DNA of 64,000 nucleotides from Pristiophorus japonicus (taxonomy: Eukaryota). Both the position numbers and the translations under genes were made by a program. The DNA is taken from assembly GCF_044704955.1 (NCBI RefSeq), contig NW_027252889.1, positions 248,001 through 312,000 on the forward strand, given 5' to 3'. Positions 1-13,926 of this stretch are shown one piece after another. The notes below the pieces were generated by a model. That model was given only the letters and a program-made list of their open reading frames with translations, searched no databases and was not told the DNA's origin. Position 1 is the stretch's first letter, and every line of letters begins with the position of its first letter.

Positions 1-111
1 GATTGTCACTGAACTTCCTTACAGGGTTCTCACAGCTCAAGTACAAACCACATAAAGAGGAACAAATAACAAGAGCAAGTGGGCCGTCCTCTGGAAAACA
101 TATTCACACAA

Positions 112-490
112 AGAAAGACTTGCATTTATATAGCGCCTTTCACAACCACCAGACGTCTCAAAGCACTTTACAACCACTGTAGTACTTTTGGAGTGTAGTC
201 ACTGTTGTAATGTGGGAAACGCAGCAGCCAATTTGTGCACAGCAAGCTCCCACAAACAGCAATGTGATAATGACCAGATAATTTGTTTTTGTTGTTGATT
301 GAGGGATAAATATTGGCGAGGACACGGGGATAACTCCCCTGCTCTTCTTTGAAATGGTGCCATGGGAGCTTTTACGTCCACCTGAGAGCAGACAGTGTCT
401 CGGTTTATCTCAGCCATGATGGTATTAAATGGCGGAGCAGGATCGAGGGGCCGTATGGCCTACTCCTGCTCCTATTTCTTATGTTCTTAT
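112..490. mobile_element. SINE/L2-type 3' fragment (minus) followed by a short CR1 3' tail (plus)
   Basis: ttgcatttatatagcgcc is the reverse complement of the ggcgctatataaatgcaag tail that recurs in the window; 410-490 matches the CR1 end ggcctactcctgctcctatttcttatgttctta seen elsewhere. Confidence 0.7.
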
Positions 491-499
491 ATAATGTCC

Positions 500-1946
500 C
501 TTCGACAGTCTTCCTGCGATCGTGGTTTCTCCAACAGTGCCGCTCCCTTCGGCCTCAGCTCCACCACTGACCCTTGCTCCCCGTTTCTTCTCTCTCTGGG
601 ACAATGGTGCATCTTCACCTATCTTGCTCCCTTTTGGCTTCTTTGTCTCCCCACTCGTTGTCCTGCTGCCCCTTTAAGACTCCTCCCTCTTGCACCCTCT
701 CCTTGTCTTGCCCCCTCCTGCTCCCCGGGATGTCTGACTCCCCGCCTTTCTTTGGAGTACTTACACTTACCCCGTTCCCACCTCCGCTCCCCCCACAGAC
801 ACCCGATTCCTTAGGGTGAGCCGAGTTGTATTATGGCTCGACTCTGCCCTTGACCAATGCTGCCCCCCGCTGCCTTTGTCCTTTTCCACCACACTTGGTA
901 TGTTTTCCACCATCTCCGTCCTGTTCTCTGCTCCACAATTTTCTGCCTCTTCTTGTGCTCTTTTCTCATTCCGTTCGCCGGCAGTGTCCTCCGCCTGCTC
1001 TGCTCCTCCAGCCACTCCACTCACACCTCCTGCTCATTCTCCCATCTCCTCGTCACTCAAGGGGCTTCCTTCTGCCTCACACTCAGAGGGTGGGGCCTTT
1101 GTGACACACCCCACAGCTCTCTGCCTTGCAACTCCAAGTAATGTGTCCAGATTCACCGCAGTTATAGCAGTACAGGTCTGGACAGCTTCTTCCAAGCTGG
1201 TCGTGTCTGAGACAATAACAGCAAATCTTCACCTGGTTACCATGCAGTACCCGGAAGTACTGCAGTCCTTCCATTGTCTCAAATTTCATGCTGGGTAATG
1301 ACATCATCCCCTCTGGGAAGCACACTTTTACTTAACGGGTTCCACCTGCTTCCCGCGTTCCTGGAGAGTATCTCCTCTTTATTGCCGAGTAAATTTTAAT
1401 GTCCCACGACTCCAACTTTTTTATTAGCACATGGTCCTCAATATAAACCGTCAGGTTTAAGAATGAGACCACCACCTCTTCAGAATACAGCAGAGATACA
1501 TCCAAGAACTTATCACCAACCTTCAAACTCAGCCACTGACCGTCACCTCGAACCCAACATTGGGCTTTGGTCGGCAGGCAAAGCAGCTTCTCTCACCACA
1601 ATCCTCATGTACTGCCTGGATAATGTCCCAAGCTCGTATCTCCTTATCCTCGCACTGCACCACCACCGTGTTTTCTTTTCCCAATCTCCTGGGGTCACGG
1701 CCCAAATCTTTGGGTCTTTTATTCTCCCTACCCCCAACATTTTCTCCCCTGATTAAATGCATCCTGGGAACATTGTCCTCTGAGGGGCCCAGCACTCCGG
1801 GTCCCTGCACTCCGGGTCCCTCAGCAGACATCAGTTCATGGGCCAAAATGGCCCTAAAACTCAACAGCAACTTTTTACAAATTCACTCCAACCCCCAGCA
1901 TTAATCAAACAACCAGCAGTCCCTGCTCACTCCTGGCCCCTCCCAC
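500..1946 (-). mobile_element. Tx1/L1-clade non-LTR retrotransposon ORF1 (gag-like, zinc knuckles), degraded; ORF2 absent
   Basis: Consecutive minus ORFs 1529-1870, 1332-1526 and 1083-1325 join into one frame-disrupted protein with VVVSFLNLTVYIEDHVLIKKL, YFRVLHGNQVKIC and knuckles CYCLRHDQLGRSC / CYNCGESGHITWSC, followed by a charged low-complexity tail. Confidence 0.75.
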
Positions 1947-2609
1947 CGAGAGAGTGCTACCCACTGAGCTACAGCTGATGGTAATTCGAGTGGGAGGAGC
2001 TTGTGTGGTGCATCAACACCGGCGCGGACCCATTGGGCCTCAGGGCCTGTGTGCGTTGTAGATTATGTATAATTCATCCCTAATTCTTCCTACGTTCTTA
2101 ACATTACCACTTATTACAGGATATCAGGTCAGCATTTACAGGAAATACCCTGGTTGGGCATTTTCCTGTTGTGGTATGGCTTCTAAAAATAATTAGACCA
2201 ATTTTAGCAGAAGAGGTTGTTCATGGCCCGGTTTTGGATGCCAATCACGTGTATGAAGGACCAAAATCTGTTCCTGTTACGGAAGTGAATTAAGGAGGCA
2301 GTGTAAATAAAACCGCTGCAGATTATTTATGGATTGACCATTTTTGAAAGTGCAGCTTTGTTTGTGGGTTTGATGACGTGTGTACATACACTTTAAACTG
2401 GGAATAACACCCACCCCTGCTGATGGTCACTTGGGCTGTGCACAGTGTCATTTAAGGCAGCCAGTACAATCAGTCTGGTTACAAATGTCACAAATAAGAG
2501 AGGACAAGAACAAATGATTTTGAGAGTTCCTCCTTGTTACTGTGTTTTCACAATTTTACTGGAGAGGAAACTGTGAGCTTGTGATCTGGGAACACTTAGA
2601 CTGCCTTCT

Positions 2610-3220
2610 TTCACTTCTGTAATATCGCCCGTCTCTGCCCCAGCCCATCTGCTACTGAAACCCTCACCCATGCTCTTGTTCCCTACAGACACAACTATTC
2701 CAACACTCTCCTGGCCGGCCTCACATCTTCCACCCTCCATACTTGAACTCATCCAAAACTCTGCTGCCCTTAGCCTAACTCGCACTAATCCCATTCACCC
2801 ATCACCCCCTGTGCTCGCTGACCAACATTAGCTCCCAGTCACCAACACCTCAAATTTAAAATTCTCATCCTTGTGTTTAAATCTCTCCGTGGCCTCGCCC
2901 ATCCCTTCCTCTGTAACCTCCGACAACTCTATAACCCTCCGAGACCTCGACATTCCTCCAAATTTGGCCTCTTGTGCATCCCTCATTCTCTTCCCACAAC
3001 CATTGGTTCAGCCGTCTAGGCCCTAATCTTCCTTCCCAAACCTCTTCACTTCTCCACCTCTCTCTCCTCAAGATGCTGCTTACAGCTGACCTCTTTGACC
3101 AAGTGTTCGATCACCTGCCTTCTTTAGTGGCTCGATGTCAACTCTTGTCTGATTGCACTCCTGTGAAGGACCTTGGAACATTTTTCTACATGAAGGCGCT
3201 ATATAAATGCAAGTTGATGT
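2610..3220 (+). mobile_element. L2-type LINE 3' fragment
   Basis: Degenerate L2 C-terminal coding (atccaaaactctgctgcc, cccatcaccccctgtgctcgctgacc) ending ggcgctatataaatgcaagttg; related pieces at 13927-14238, 18670-19250, 34810-35340 and 57525-58220. Confidence 0.75.
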
Positions 3221-3383
3221 TATCTCAGTTTCCAAATTCCAGATATACATTTTTGACAGAGAATCACAATTTATAGGGAGAGACAGATAAAAACACAAAG
3301 AATGGGCTGTACCAGCCTCGGTCATATCACTCAAAATTCCACTTGTCTGGATGTGTGCAGCTACAACAACACTCAAAGCTCGA

Positions 3384-3980
3384 CACTATCCCAGATTAAA
3401 CAACGAATCCCTCCACGTCCGACACACCGTGTCTGCAGTGAGCACTAACTCACTATCCCAGATTAAACAACGACTCCCTCCACCACCGACACACCGTGTC
3501 TGCAGTGAGCACTAACTCACTATCCCAGATTAAACAACGACTCCCTCCACCACCGACACACCGTGTCTGCAGTGAGCACTAACTCACTATCCCAGATTAA
3601 ACAACGACTCCCTCCACCATCGACACACCGTGTCTGCAGTGAGCACTAACTCACTATCCCAGATTAAACAACGACTCCCTCCACCACCGACACACCGTGT
3701 CTGCAGTGAGCACTAACTCACTATCCCAGATTAAACAACGACTCCCTCCACCACCGACACACCGTGTCTGCAGTGAGCACTAACTCACTATCCCAGATTA
3801 AACAACGACTCCCTCCACCCCCGACACACTGTGTCTGCAGTGAACACTAACTCACTATCCCAGATTAAACAACGACTCCCTCCACCACCGACACACCGTG
3901 TCTGCAGTGAGCACTAACTCACTATCCCAGATTAAACAACGACTCCCTCCACCACCGACACACCGTGTCTGCAGTGAACA
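3384..3980. repeat. Minisatellite, 67-bp unit, about 8.9 copies, inside a LINE 3' fragment (about 3340-4530)
   Basis: Unit cactatcccagattaaacaacgactccctccaccaccgacacaccgtgtctgcagtgagcactaact starts at 3384, 3451, 3518, 3585, 3652, 3719, 3786, 3853 and 3920. Confidence 0.97.
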
Positions 3981-4649
3981 TTTACTACTGCATGGACTGC
4001 AGCAACTCACCAAGGCTTCTTCGGCAGCATTTCCGAATCCCACGACTTCCACCATCTAGAAGGACATGGGAACACCACCACATCCAATTTCTCCAGTCAC
4101 ACACCATCCTGACTTCGATGTATATTCATTGTTGCTGGGTCACAATCCAGGAACTCCCTCCCTAAAAGCACGGTGGGAGTCCCTTGAAGAGCAACAACTT
4201 GCATTTACATAGCACCATTAATGTAGTAAAATGTCCCAAGGTGCTTCACAGGAGCATTATCAACATTTGACACCGAACCACATAAGGAGATATTAGGACA
4301 GGTGACCAAAAGCTTGGTCAAACAGGTAGGTTTCAAGGAGTGTCTTAGAGGAGGAGAGAGAGGTAGTGAGGTGGAGGGGTTTAGGGAGGATATTCCGGAG
4401 TTTAGGGCCTAGGCACACAGACTACTTCGGTCCAACAAGGCAGCCCACCACGACCTTCTCAAGGGCAGCTGGGGATGGGCAATAAATGCAGGGCTTGGCC
4501 GCGACACACACATTGCAAAGAATGATTTAAAAAAGCTTCAGGTGGTACAGCAGTGGAGAAAGAGGGAATATGAGGTGAGGATGCCAGCCACTGGGGACGC
4601 CTGCCCTGCAAACACCACGAATAGATTTTCTCCTTACATCAGGGAACCC

Positions 4650-5705
4650 AGCGACCCAAAGTACAAGGCCTCATGGCAACAGCCTGGCTCCAAGCACTGG
4701 TATCAGCGAGACTACATCATTGTTTGTGTGAGGGACCACAAGGACGTGTGTATCACCCGCGCCATGACAGGACTGACAACTGCTGGACGGACAATGTAGC
4801 CCCAAAACAACGGCAGCAACAGAAATTGATGCTGGAGTACTCAAAGACCCTGCTAAGAAAGCTCCATTCAGCCAGCACCTCACAACCAACCTGACAACTT
4901 CCAGTGAACCCGAGACGCACAGTGTCCACTGTAGTCTGTGTGCCTAGGCCCTAAACTCTGGAATATCCTCCCTAAACCCCTCCGCCTCAAGGCCTCCATA
5001 ATTAGCACCTGTGAAGAGACACTCGGTCACTCCACCAGGAAACACCAAGACTGGTTCGATGAGTACGACCAGGAGGTCCAGGAGCTAATAAGTCGCAAAC
5101 GCAAGGCATTCTTGAACTGCAAAGAGCATCATAACTCGAGAACAAGAAAGCAGCTCTATCAACGTCTGAAGGTTGACGTCCAAAATAAAACTCGTGACCG
5201 AATGAACAAATGGTGGGTGGAAAAAGCGCAGGAGATCCAGCAACTAGCCCACAACCACGACATGCGTGGACTCTTTAGCGCAGTCAAGACCACCTATGGC
5301 CCAAGCACCCAAGGTCCTCCCCCACTGTGGGCCAAGAACGGAGACATATTCATTAAGGACAGAGAGGCAGTCAGTGCCCGCTGGAAGGAACAATTCGAAG
5401 ATCTCCTTAACCAAGAGTCTGTCTTTGACATGAATGTCCTCGACTTCATTCTGCAGCATGCTACCCACCATCACCTCAGCACAACCCCAGCCCGGCATGA
5501 GGTTGAAAAGGCCATCCGACAACTGAAGAACAACAAGGTCTCAGGACCAGATGGAATCCCCACCGAAGCACTAAAGCATGGTGGAAAAGTACAATTTGCA
5601 CGAATCCATGAACTCATTTCTCTTATTTGGAAGGAGGAGAGCATGCCTGGAGCTCTCAGATGCTGTAATCGTGACCATCTTCAAAAAAGGTGACAAGTCC
5701 GATAT
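4650..5705 (+). mobile_element. RTE-clade LINE internal fragment
   Basis: ORF 4938-5693 with HQDWFDE, WWVEKAQEIQ, ARWKEQFEDLLN and QLKNNKVSGPDGIP (region leading into the RT); truncated by the CR1 at about 5710. Confidence 0.85.
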
Positions 5706-5709
5706 TTAA

Positions 5710-8700
5710 TTCTGAGTATCGGTAAGGGCGATGGTGACTCTGGGCAGTGCAGCCAGAGCCAATTCCAAGGCACCACGGCTGGTTCAGCTGCACAGGGGGG
5801 AGAGACGAAGAACAAAAAACTCCGAGTGATGGAGGATTCTATAGTTAGGGGAACAGACAGGCGTTTCTGTGGCCGGAGACGTGACTCCCGAATGGTTTTA
5901 TGCCCCCCTGGTGCCAGGGTCAAGGGTAGGGCCTCAAAGGTAGTCATCTCCGGGTTACTATCAGTGCCACGTGCTAATGAGTGCAAGTATAGAAGGATAG
6001 AGAGGATGAACACATGCTGGAAAATTGGTGCAGGAGGGAGGGCTTTAAAGTCGAGGCATTGGGACTGCTTCTGGGGAGATGGGACCTGTACAAACCGGAC
6101 GGGTTGCACCTCAACAGCGCCGGGACCAATAACCTCGCAGAGAGTTTTGCTGGTGTAGTTGGGGAGAGCTTAAACTAGCTTGGCAGGGGGATGGGAACCT
6201 GAGAACAAATTCAAAAGGGAAGGAAGTAAAGCAGAAGTTGGATAGCAAGAACCTAGAAAGCGAATCTGTAAAATAGAGGAAACAGGGCTTAGTATGTAGT
6301 AAGCAAGGAGATCTTCCTGTGCTGAATGGTATATACTTTAATGCAAGGAGTATAGCGAAAAAGGCGGATGAGATAAGAGCGTAGATAGACACTTGGGAGT
6401 ATGACATTATAGCCATGACAGAAACATGGCTGAAAGAGGGGCAGGTTTGGAAGATTAATAATCCTGGCTACAGGATATTTAGACAAGATACAGAAGGGGG
6501 TAAAAAGGGGGGTGGGCGGGGTGGGTTGCAGTATAAATTAAAGTAACTATTACAGCGGTAAGGAGGGATGATATGTTAGAGGGATCATTAACTGAGGCCG
6601 TATGGGTGGAATTGAAAAATAAAAAAGGGGCGATCACACAGCTGGGAGTGTATTATAGACCCCCAAACAGTGGGGGGGAGATAGAGGAGCAAATATGTAG
6701 GCTGTGAAGTCTAAAAACCATAGGGTAGTAATAGTAGGAGATTTTAACTCTGGAAATATTGATTGGGACAAATTTAGTGTGAAGGGTATAGAGGGTGGGG
6801 AATTCTTGAAATGCATTGAAGAGAATGTTTTAGTCAGTATGTAACAAGCCCAACACGAGAGGGGGCAGGCTTGGATTTAGTTTTGGGGAATGAAGCTGGG
6901 CAAGATGAAGGGGTATTAGTGGGGGAGCATTTGGGTGCTAGTGACCATAATTCAGTCAGATTCAAGTTGGTTATGGATAAGGACAAGAATAGGCCTGAAA
7001 TAAAAGTTACTAATTGGGAAAAAGCTAATTTTGCTAAGTTAAGGAGTGATTTGTCTATAGTGGACTGGAAACAGCTACTTGTGGGTAAATCGGTGCCAGA
7101 ATAGTGGGAGGCATTCAAGGAGGAGATCCGAAAGGTTCAGGCCAAACATGTGCCCTAATAGAAAAATGCTGGGAAAAATAATTCTCGAGCCCCCTGGATG
7201 TCTAGGGACTTACAGGGGAGGATTAAGAAAAAAAGGGACACTTATGTCACATATCAATGGCTAAATACTTTAGAGGAATATAGAAAGATAAGAGGTAAAA
7301 TTAAAAAGGATATTAGGAATGCTAAGAGAGAGCACGAGAAATTCTTGGCCAGTAAAATTAAGGAAAACCCTAAGATGTTCTATAAATATATTAAGAGTAA
7401 GAGGGTAACTAAGGAAAGGGTATTAGAGACCATGAGGGTAATCGCTGTGAGGAGGCAGAAGATGTTGATAGGATTCTTAATGAATACTTGCCATCTGTTT
7501 CCTCAAAGGAAAGCGGTAATGCAGATACTGCTATCGAGGAGGAGTGTGATATTCTGGATGAATATAGTGAGAGAGGAAGTATTTAGGGGTTTAGCAGCTT
7601 TGAAAGTAGATAAGTCCCCAGGCCCAAATGAAATGCATCTCAGGTTGTTGAGTGAAGTAAAAGAGGAAATAGCAGAGGCCTTGACCATCATTTTCCAGTC
7701 CTCTTTGGATATGGGCCAGAGGATTGGAGGACTGCTAATGTAGTACCCTTGTTTAAGGAGGGAGAAAGTGATAGGCCGAGTAATTACAGGCCAGTCAGCC
7801 TAACGTCAGTGGTGGGAAAATTATTGGAAAAATTCCTGAAAGACAGGATAAATCTGCATTTGGATAGGCAAGGATTAATTAGGGACAGTCAGCACGGATT
7901 TGTTAAGGGAAGATCGTGTTTGACTAACCTGATTGAATTTTTTGAGGAGGTAACCAAGAGGGTCGATGAGGGTAGTGCGTACGATTAGCAAGGCTTTTGA
8001 TAAGATCCCGCATGGTAGACTGGTCATGAAGGTTAAAGGCCATGGGATCCAAGGCAAAGTGTCAAGTTGGATCCAAAATTGGCTTGGAGGTAGGGAGCAA
8101 AGGGTAATGATTGATGGATGTTCTTGTGACTGGAAGGATATTTGTAGTGGGGTTCCGCAGGGCTCAGTACTGGGTCCCTTGCTTTTTGTGGTACAAATCA
8201 ACGATTTAGATTTGAATATTGGAAGTATGATTAAGAAGTTTGCAGACAACACTAAAATTGGCTGTGTGGTTGATAATGAAGAGGAAAGTCATGGGCTGCA
8301 GGAGGATATCAATCTACGGGTCAGGTAGGCAGAGCAGTGGCAAATGGAATTTAATTCAGAGAAGTGTGAGGTGATGCACTTTGGGAGGGCTAATAAGCAA
8401 AGGGTATACACATTAAGCGGTAGGCCACTTAATAGTGTAGATGGGCAAAGGGACCTTGGAGTACTTGTCCACAGATCCCTGAAAGTAGCAGGCCAGGTGG
8501 ATAAGTTAGTTAAGAAGGCATACGGAATGCTTGCCTTTATTGGCCGAGGCATAGAATATAAGAGCAGGGAGGTTATGTTTAATTGTATAATGCTTTGGTT
8601 AGGCCACAGCTGGAGTACTGCATGCAGTTCTGGTCGCCGTATTATAAGAAGAACGTGATTGTACGAGAGAGGGTGCAGAGGAGATTTACTAGGATGCTGC

Positions 8701-9478
8701 CTGGAATGGAGAATCTCAGTTATGAGAACAGATTGGATAGGCTGGGTTTGTTCTAATTGGAACAGAGGAGGTTGAGGGGAGACCTCATCGAGGTGTACAA
8801 AATATTGAGGGGCTGGAGATAGTAGATAGTAAGGGTCTATTTCCATTAATGGAGGGGGCTAATACGATGGGGCAGAGGTTTAAGGTGGTTGGTGGAAGAT
8901 TTAGAGGGGATTTGTGGGAGGGTTCTTCTTTACACAGAGGGTTGTGGGGATCTGGAACTCGATGCCTGGAAGAGTGGTGGATGCAGAAACCCTCACCACT
9001 TTTAAGAGATGGTTGGATGGGCACTTAAATATAAGAGCAGGGAGGACCAAGAGCTGGTAATTGGAATTAGACTAGATGACCTTTTGTTGGTCGGCGCAGA
9101 TATAATGGTCAGTACTGCAGGGAATAGAATATGGCCAGGGTGATCTCCTGGACTCGTTTCGATCGCCTGGATGGGTCGGAGAGGAATTTTCCCAGATATT
9201 TTCTCCCTTAATTGGCCTGGGTTTTTATCTGGATTTTGCCTCTCCCAGGAGATCACATGGCTCCAGTTGGGGTGGAGTGTCGATGTTTTTAGTATAAGGG
9301 GTGTTGCAGTACTGTGTGGTGGACTGGTTGGACTGGGTGCTCTTTGTCTTTCCGTTATTGTTCATGGGTTTGTATGTAACCTTTAGGCTGCTGACGAAGG
9401 GCCGTGCGGCTCTGTCGGCTGCTGCAGACACGATGGGACGGAATGTCCTCCTTCTGCGCTGTAAATTTCTGTTTCTAA
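5710..9478 (+). mobile_element. Near-full-length CR1 LINE, degraded (ORF1 SGNH-esterase remnant, ORF2 APE+RT, long 3' tail)
   Basis: VMEDSIVRG (GDS motif variant) at 5826; endonuclease remnants 6330-6960; [43 protein letters not shown]; many stops and frameshifts. Confidence 0.92.
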
Positions 9479-9940
9479 GCTTTTCTGTGGTTCAGTTGAA
9501 ATTGTGCTTTATAATGCTCCTGTGAAGCATCTTGGAACGTTGTACCCTGTTGAAGGTGCTATATAGATACCAGTTGTTCTTGTTGTTAACTTACATTAAG
9601 TGGTTTTGCTGCATCAAATATTGAGGTTTTTGTAAAGTTTAATTTTTTCTGACATTTACTTGCATCAGTGAAATGAAAAATAAAATGCTTCTGCTGAATA
9701 ATGTGTGAGAAACTTGTTCACAACGATATAAAGATCAAGCTCGAGAGCTAAGCACATAAACCACAGACTTTACACAGTATTTCCTTTGGCCCCTGCCCAT
9801 TTCTCAGCCTATTTCCTCAACTCAGGCCCACGTTTGATTCTGAAAACCATATTAGGTTAAAATGTGAAGGCTGAGACTGCGATTGGCACGTCTCCCATGG
9901 GCATGTTATTCCGATCGTAAAATAGGAGCGAGGTGCAATT

Positions 9941-12275
9941 AGAAACATAGAAACATAGAAAATAGGTGCAGGAGTAGGCCATTCGGCCCTTCTAGCCTGC
10001 ACCGCCATTCAATGAGTTCATGGCTGAACATGCAACTTCAGTACCCCATTCCTGCTTTCTCGCCATACCCCTTGATCCCCCTACTAGTAAGGACTACATC
10101 TAACTCCTTTTTGAATATATTTAGTGAATTGGCCTCAACAACTTTCTGTGGCAGAGAATTCCACAGGTTCACCACTCTCTGGGTGAAGAAGTTCCTCCTC
10201 ATCTCGGTCCTAAATGGCTTACCCCTTATCCTTAGACTGTGTCCCCTGGTTCTGGACTTCCCCAACATTGGGAACATTCTTCCTGCATCCAACCTGTCTA
10301 ACCCCTTCAGAATCTTAAACGTTTCTATGAGGTCCCCTCTCATTCTTCTGAACTCCAGTGAATACAAGCCCAGTTGATCCAGTCTTTCTTGATAGGTCAG
10401 TCCCGCCATCCCGGGAATCAGTCTGGTGAACCTACGCTGCACTCCCTCAATAGCAAGAATGTCCTTCCTCAGGTTAGGAGACCAAAACTGTACACAATAC
10501 TCCAGGTGTGGCCTCACCAATGCCCTGTACAACTGTAGCAACACGTCCCTGCCCCTGTACTCAAATCCCCTCGCTAAGAAGGCCAACATGCCATTTGCTT
10601 TCTTAACCGCCTGCTGTACCTGCATGCCAACCTTCAATGACTGATGTACCATGACACCCAGGTCTCTTTGCACCTCCCCTTTTCCTAATCTGTCACCATT
10701 CAGATAATAGTCTGTCTCTCTGTTTTTACCACCAAAGTGGATAACCTCACATTTATCCACATTATACTTCATCTGCCATGCCTTTGCCCACTCACCTAAC
10801 CTATCCAAGTCGTTCTGCAGCCTCATAGCATCCTCCTCGCAGCTCACACTGCCACCCAACTTAGTGTCATCCGCAAATTTGGAGATACTACATTTAATCC
10901 GCTCGTCTAAATCATTAATGTACAGTGTAAACAGCTGGGGCCCCAGCACAGAACCTTGCGGTACCCCACTAGTCACTGCCTGCCATTCTGAAAAGTACCC
11001 ATTTACTCCTACTCTTTGTTTCCTGTCTGACAACCAGTTCTCAATCCATGTCAGCACACTACCCCCAATCCCATGTGCTTTAACTTTGCACATCAATCTC
11101 TTGTGTGGGACCTTGTCCAAAGCCTTCTGAAAGTCCAAATATACCACATCAACTGGTTCTCCCTTGTCCACTCTACTGGAAACATCCTCAAAAAATTCCA
11201 AAAGATTTGTCAAGCATGATTTCCCTTTCACAAATCCATGCTGACTTGGACCTATCATGTCACCTCTTTCCAAATGCACTGCTATGACATCCTTAATAAT
11301 TGATTCCATCATTTTACCCACTACCGATGTCAGGCTGACCGGTCTATAATTCCCTGTTTTCTCTCTTCCTCCTTTTTTAAAAAGTGGGGTTACATTGGCT
11401 ACCCTCCACTCGATAGGAACTGATCCAGAGTCAATGGAATGTTGGAAAATGACTGTCAATGCATCCACTATTTCCAAGGCCACCTCCTTAAGTACTCTGG
11501 GATGCAGTCCATTAGGCCCTGGGGACTTATCGGCCTTCAATCCCATCAATTTCCCTAACACAATTTCCCGACTAATAAGGATTTCCCTCAGTTCCTCCTC
11601 CTTACTAGACCCTCTGACTCCTTTTATATCCGGAAGGTTGTTTGTGTCCTCCTTAGTGAATACTGAACCAAAGTACTTGTTCAATTGGTCCGCCATTTCT
11701 TTGTTCCCCGTTATGACTTCCCCTGATTCTGACTGCAGGGGACCTACGTTTGTCTTTACTAACCTTTTCCCTTTACATATCTATAGAAACTTTTGCAATC
11801 CATCTTAATGTTCCCTGCAAGCTTCTTCTCGTACTCCATTTTTCCTGCCCTAATCAAACCCTTTGTCCTCCTCTGCTGAGTTCTAAATTTCTCCCAGTCC
11901 CCGGGTTCGCTGCTATTTCTGGCCAATTTGTATGCCACTTCCTTGGCTTTAATACTATCCCTGATTTCCCTTGATAGCCACGGTTGAGCCACCTTCCCTT
12001 TTTTATTTTTACGGCAGACAGGAATGTACAATTGTTGTAGTTCATCCATGCGGTCTCTAAATGTCTGCCATTGCCCATCCACAGTCAACCCCTTAAGTAT
12101 CATTCGCCAATCTATCCTAGCCAATTCACGCCTCATACCTTCAAAGTTACCCTTCTTTAAGTTCTGGACCATGGTCTCTGAATTAACTGTTTCATTCTCC
12201 ATCCTAATGCAGAATTCCACCATATTATGGTCACTCTTCCCCAAGGGGCCTCGCACAACGAGATTGCTAATTAAT
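9941..12275 (-). mobile_element. Young 5'-truncated CR1 LINE; 552-aa open RT ORF (10038-11696)
   Basis: Intact RT motifs [29 protein letters not shown] and KFADD; 3' (atgtttct)n tail at 9941-9960; frameshift near 11770. Confidence 0.96.
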
Positions 12276-12589
12276 CGACAAAAATAATCAGTTTCAATGT
12301 ACAAAAGTTTCAAATTCAGGAACAGTCATACCCATCCTTCGCTTTGAAGCCCAGACTGATATTAAGCAAATATTAAAAAGGTGCCGCTGACCATTGAATG
12401 AAACTGTCACTCACAGCCTAGTTCAAAGATACCCATTTTCACCCCCTCCCCCCACATGAGGAATTATCTTCATAGTAAATGATCTACTACACTTAGAGAC
12501 CCAGGGATAATCTTGAAGTGGAGCATTAATCGGGCAGGTGATGGGCGTAGAGATCCTAAAATAGTGAGTATACTTTCTCCCCTTGTAAG

Positions 12590-13926
12590 AGACCTTCCTC
12601 AGGCTGCACGTGGAACACTGTGTCAGTTTTGGTCTCCTCACATGGTGGGTGATTTTGAGGCTTTGCAAAGGGTGCAGAGGAGGGCCACTTGACTAGTTCC
12701 CAGTTTAAAGTTTCCTAGTTATCAAGGTAGGCTCAACGAGCTGGGACTCTACATATTGGAGAAGACTTAGGGCTGATCTAATCAAGGTTTATAAGATAAT
12801 GAAGGGAAGCGATTATGTTCGAGTTGACAGTTTGTTCCAATTACAAAGGTTAGGGAGGACCAGGGGTCACGATGTGAAATTTTGTAAGGCCAGATCGAGG
12901 TTAGATGTTAGGAGGTGGTTCTTTGCCCAGGGAACAGTGGACCCTGGCCTTCATAGCTAGGGGATTTGAGTACTTGAGCAGGGAGGTCTTACTGCAGTTG
13001 TACAGGACCTTGGTGAGGCCTCACCTGGAATATTGTGTTCAGTTTTGGTCTCCGAATCTGAGGAAGGGCGTTCTTGCTATTTAGGGAGTTTAGCGAAGGT
13101 TCATCAGACTAATTCCTGGGATGGCAGGACTGACGCATGAGAAAAGACTGGATCAACTGGGCCTTTATACATTGGGGTTTAGAAGGATGAGAGGGAATCT
13201 CATAGAAACAGACAAGATTCTGACGGGACGGGACAGGTTAGATGCAGGTAGAATGTTCCCGATGTAGGAGAAATCCAGAACCAGGGGACACAGTTTTAGG
13301 ATAAGGGGTAGGCCAATTAGGACTGAGATGAGGAGAAACTTCTTCACTCAGAGTTGTTAACCTGTGGAATTCCCTGCCGTAGAGAGTTGTTGATGCCCGT
13401 TCATTGGATATATTCAAGAGGGAGTTAGATATGGCCCTTAGGGCTAAGGAGATCAAGGGATATGGAGAGAAAGCAGGAAAGGGGTACTGAGGGATTGATC
13501 AGCCATTGAATGGTGGTGCAGGCTCGAAGGGCCGAATGGCCTACTCCTGCGCCTATTTTCTATGTTTCTACCCTGGAACAGACTGCTGGCTCATGCGATG
13601 GACACGGATTCACTGAATTTCTTCAAGCGAGAGATGAACCTGTTTCTGGTTGGGGTGGAGATCACCTCATACAATAGGTAGGTACTGCAAGAAATTATCA
13701 GGGCCAGCGTGATCTCCCGGATTAGTTTCGATCACCTGGGGGCAGAGAGGAATTTCCCGCATTTTTCCCTCATTTGGCCTGGGTTTCTTTCTGTTTTTTC
13801 ACCTCTCCCAGGAGATGACATGGTTTTGAGTGGGGTGGAGTGTATATATTGTGGTACACAAGGTATCACAATTGTGTGGGACAGGCTGGATGGAGCAGTA
13901 GGTCTTTTCCTGTCCGTCATTGTTCG
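12590..13926 (+). mobile_element. Old CR1 3' fragment interrupted by a younger CR1 3' end (12948-13569)
   Basis: accctgg is duplicated at 12941-12947 and 13570-13576 around the inner copy; the outer copy continues into the structured 3' tail at 13709. Confidence 0.8.

Noticed and set aside
2514-2572. Leader exon candidate for the VJ receptor (ATG...|gtgagc)
   Set aside because: Phase 2 as written, signal-like only after a 1-nt frameshift, and 28 kb from V1; unsupported
3384-3980. CRISPR-like array
   Set aside because: Head-to-tail identical units with no unique spacers, no cas genes, vertebrate context; the same applies to 39173-39462
10012-12287. Plus-strand ORFs overlapping the CR1
   Set aside because: Antisense shadows of CR1 ORF2, repeated at every copy of the family
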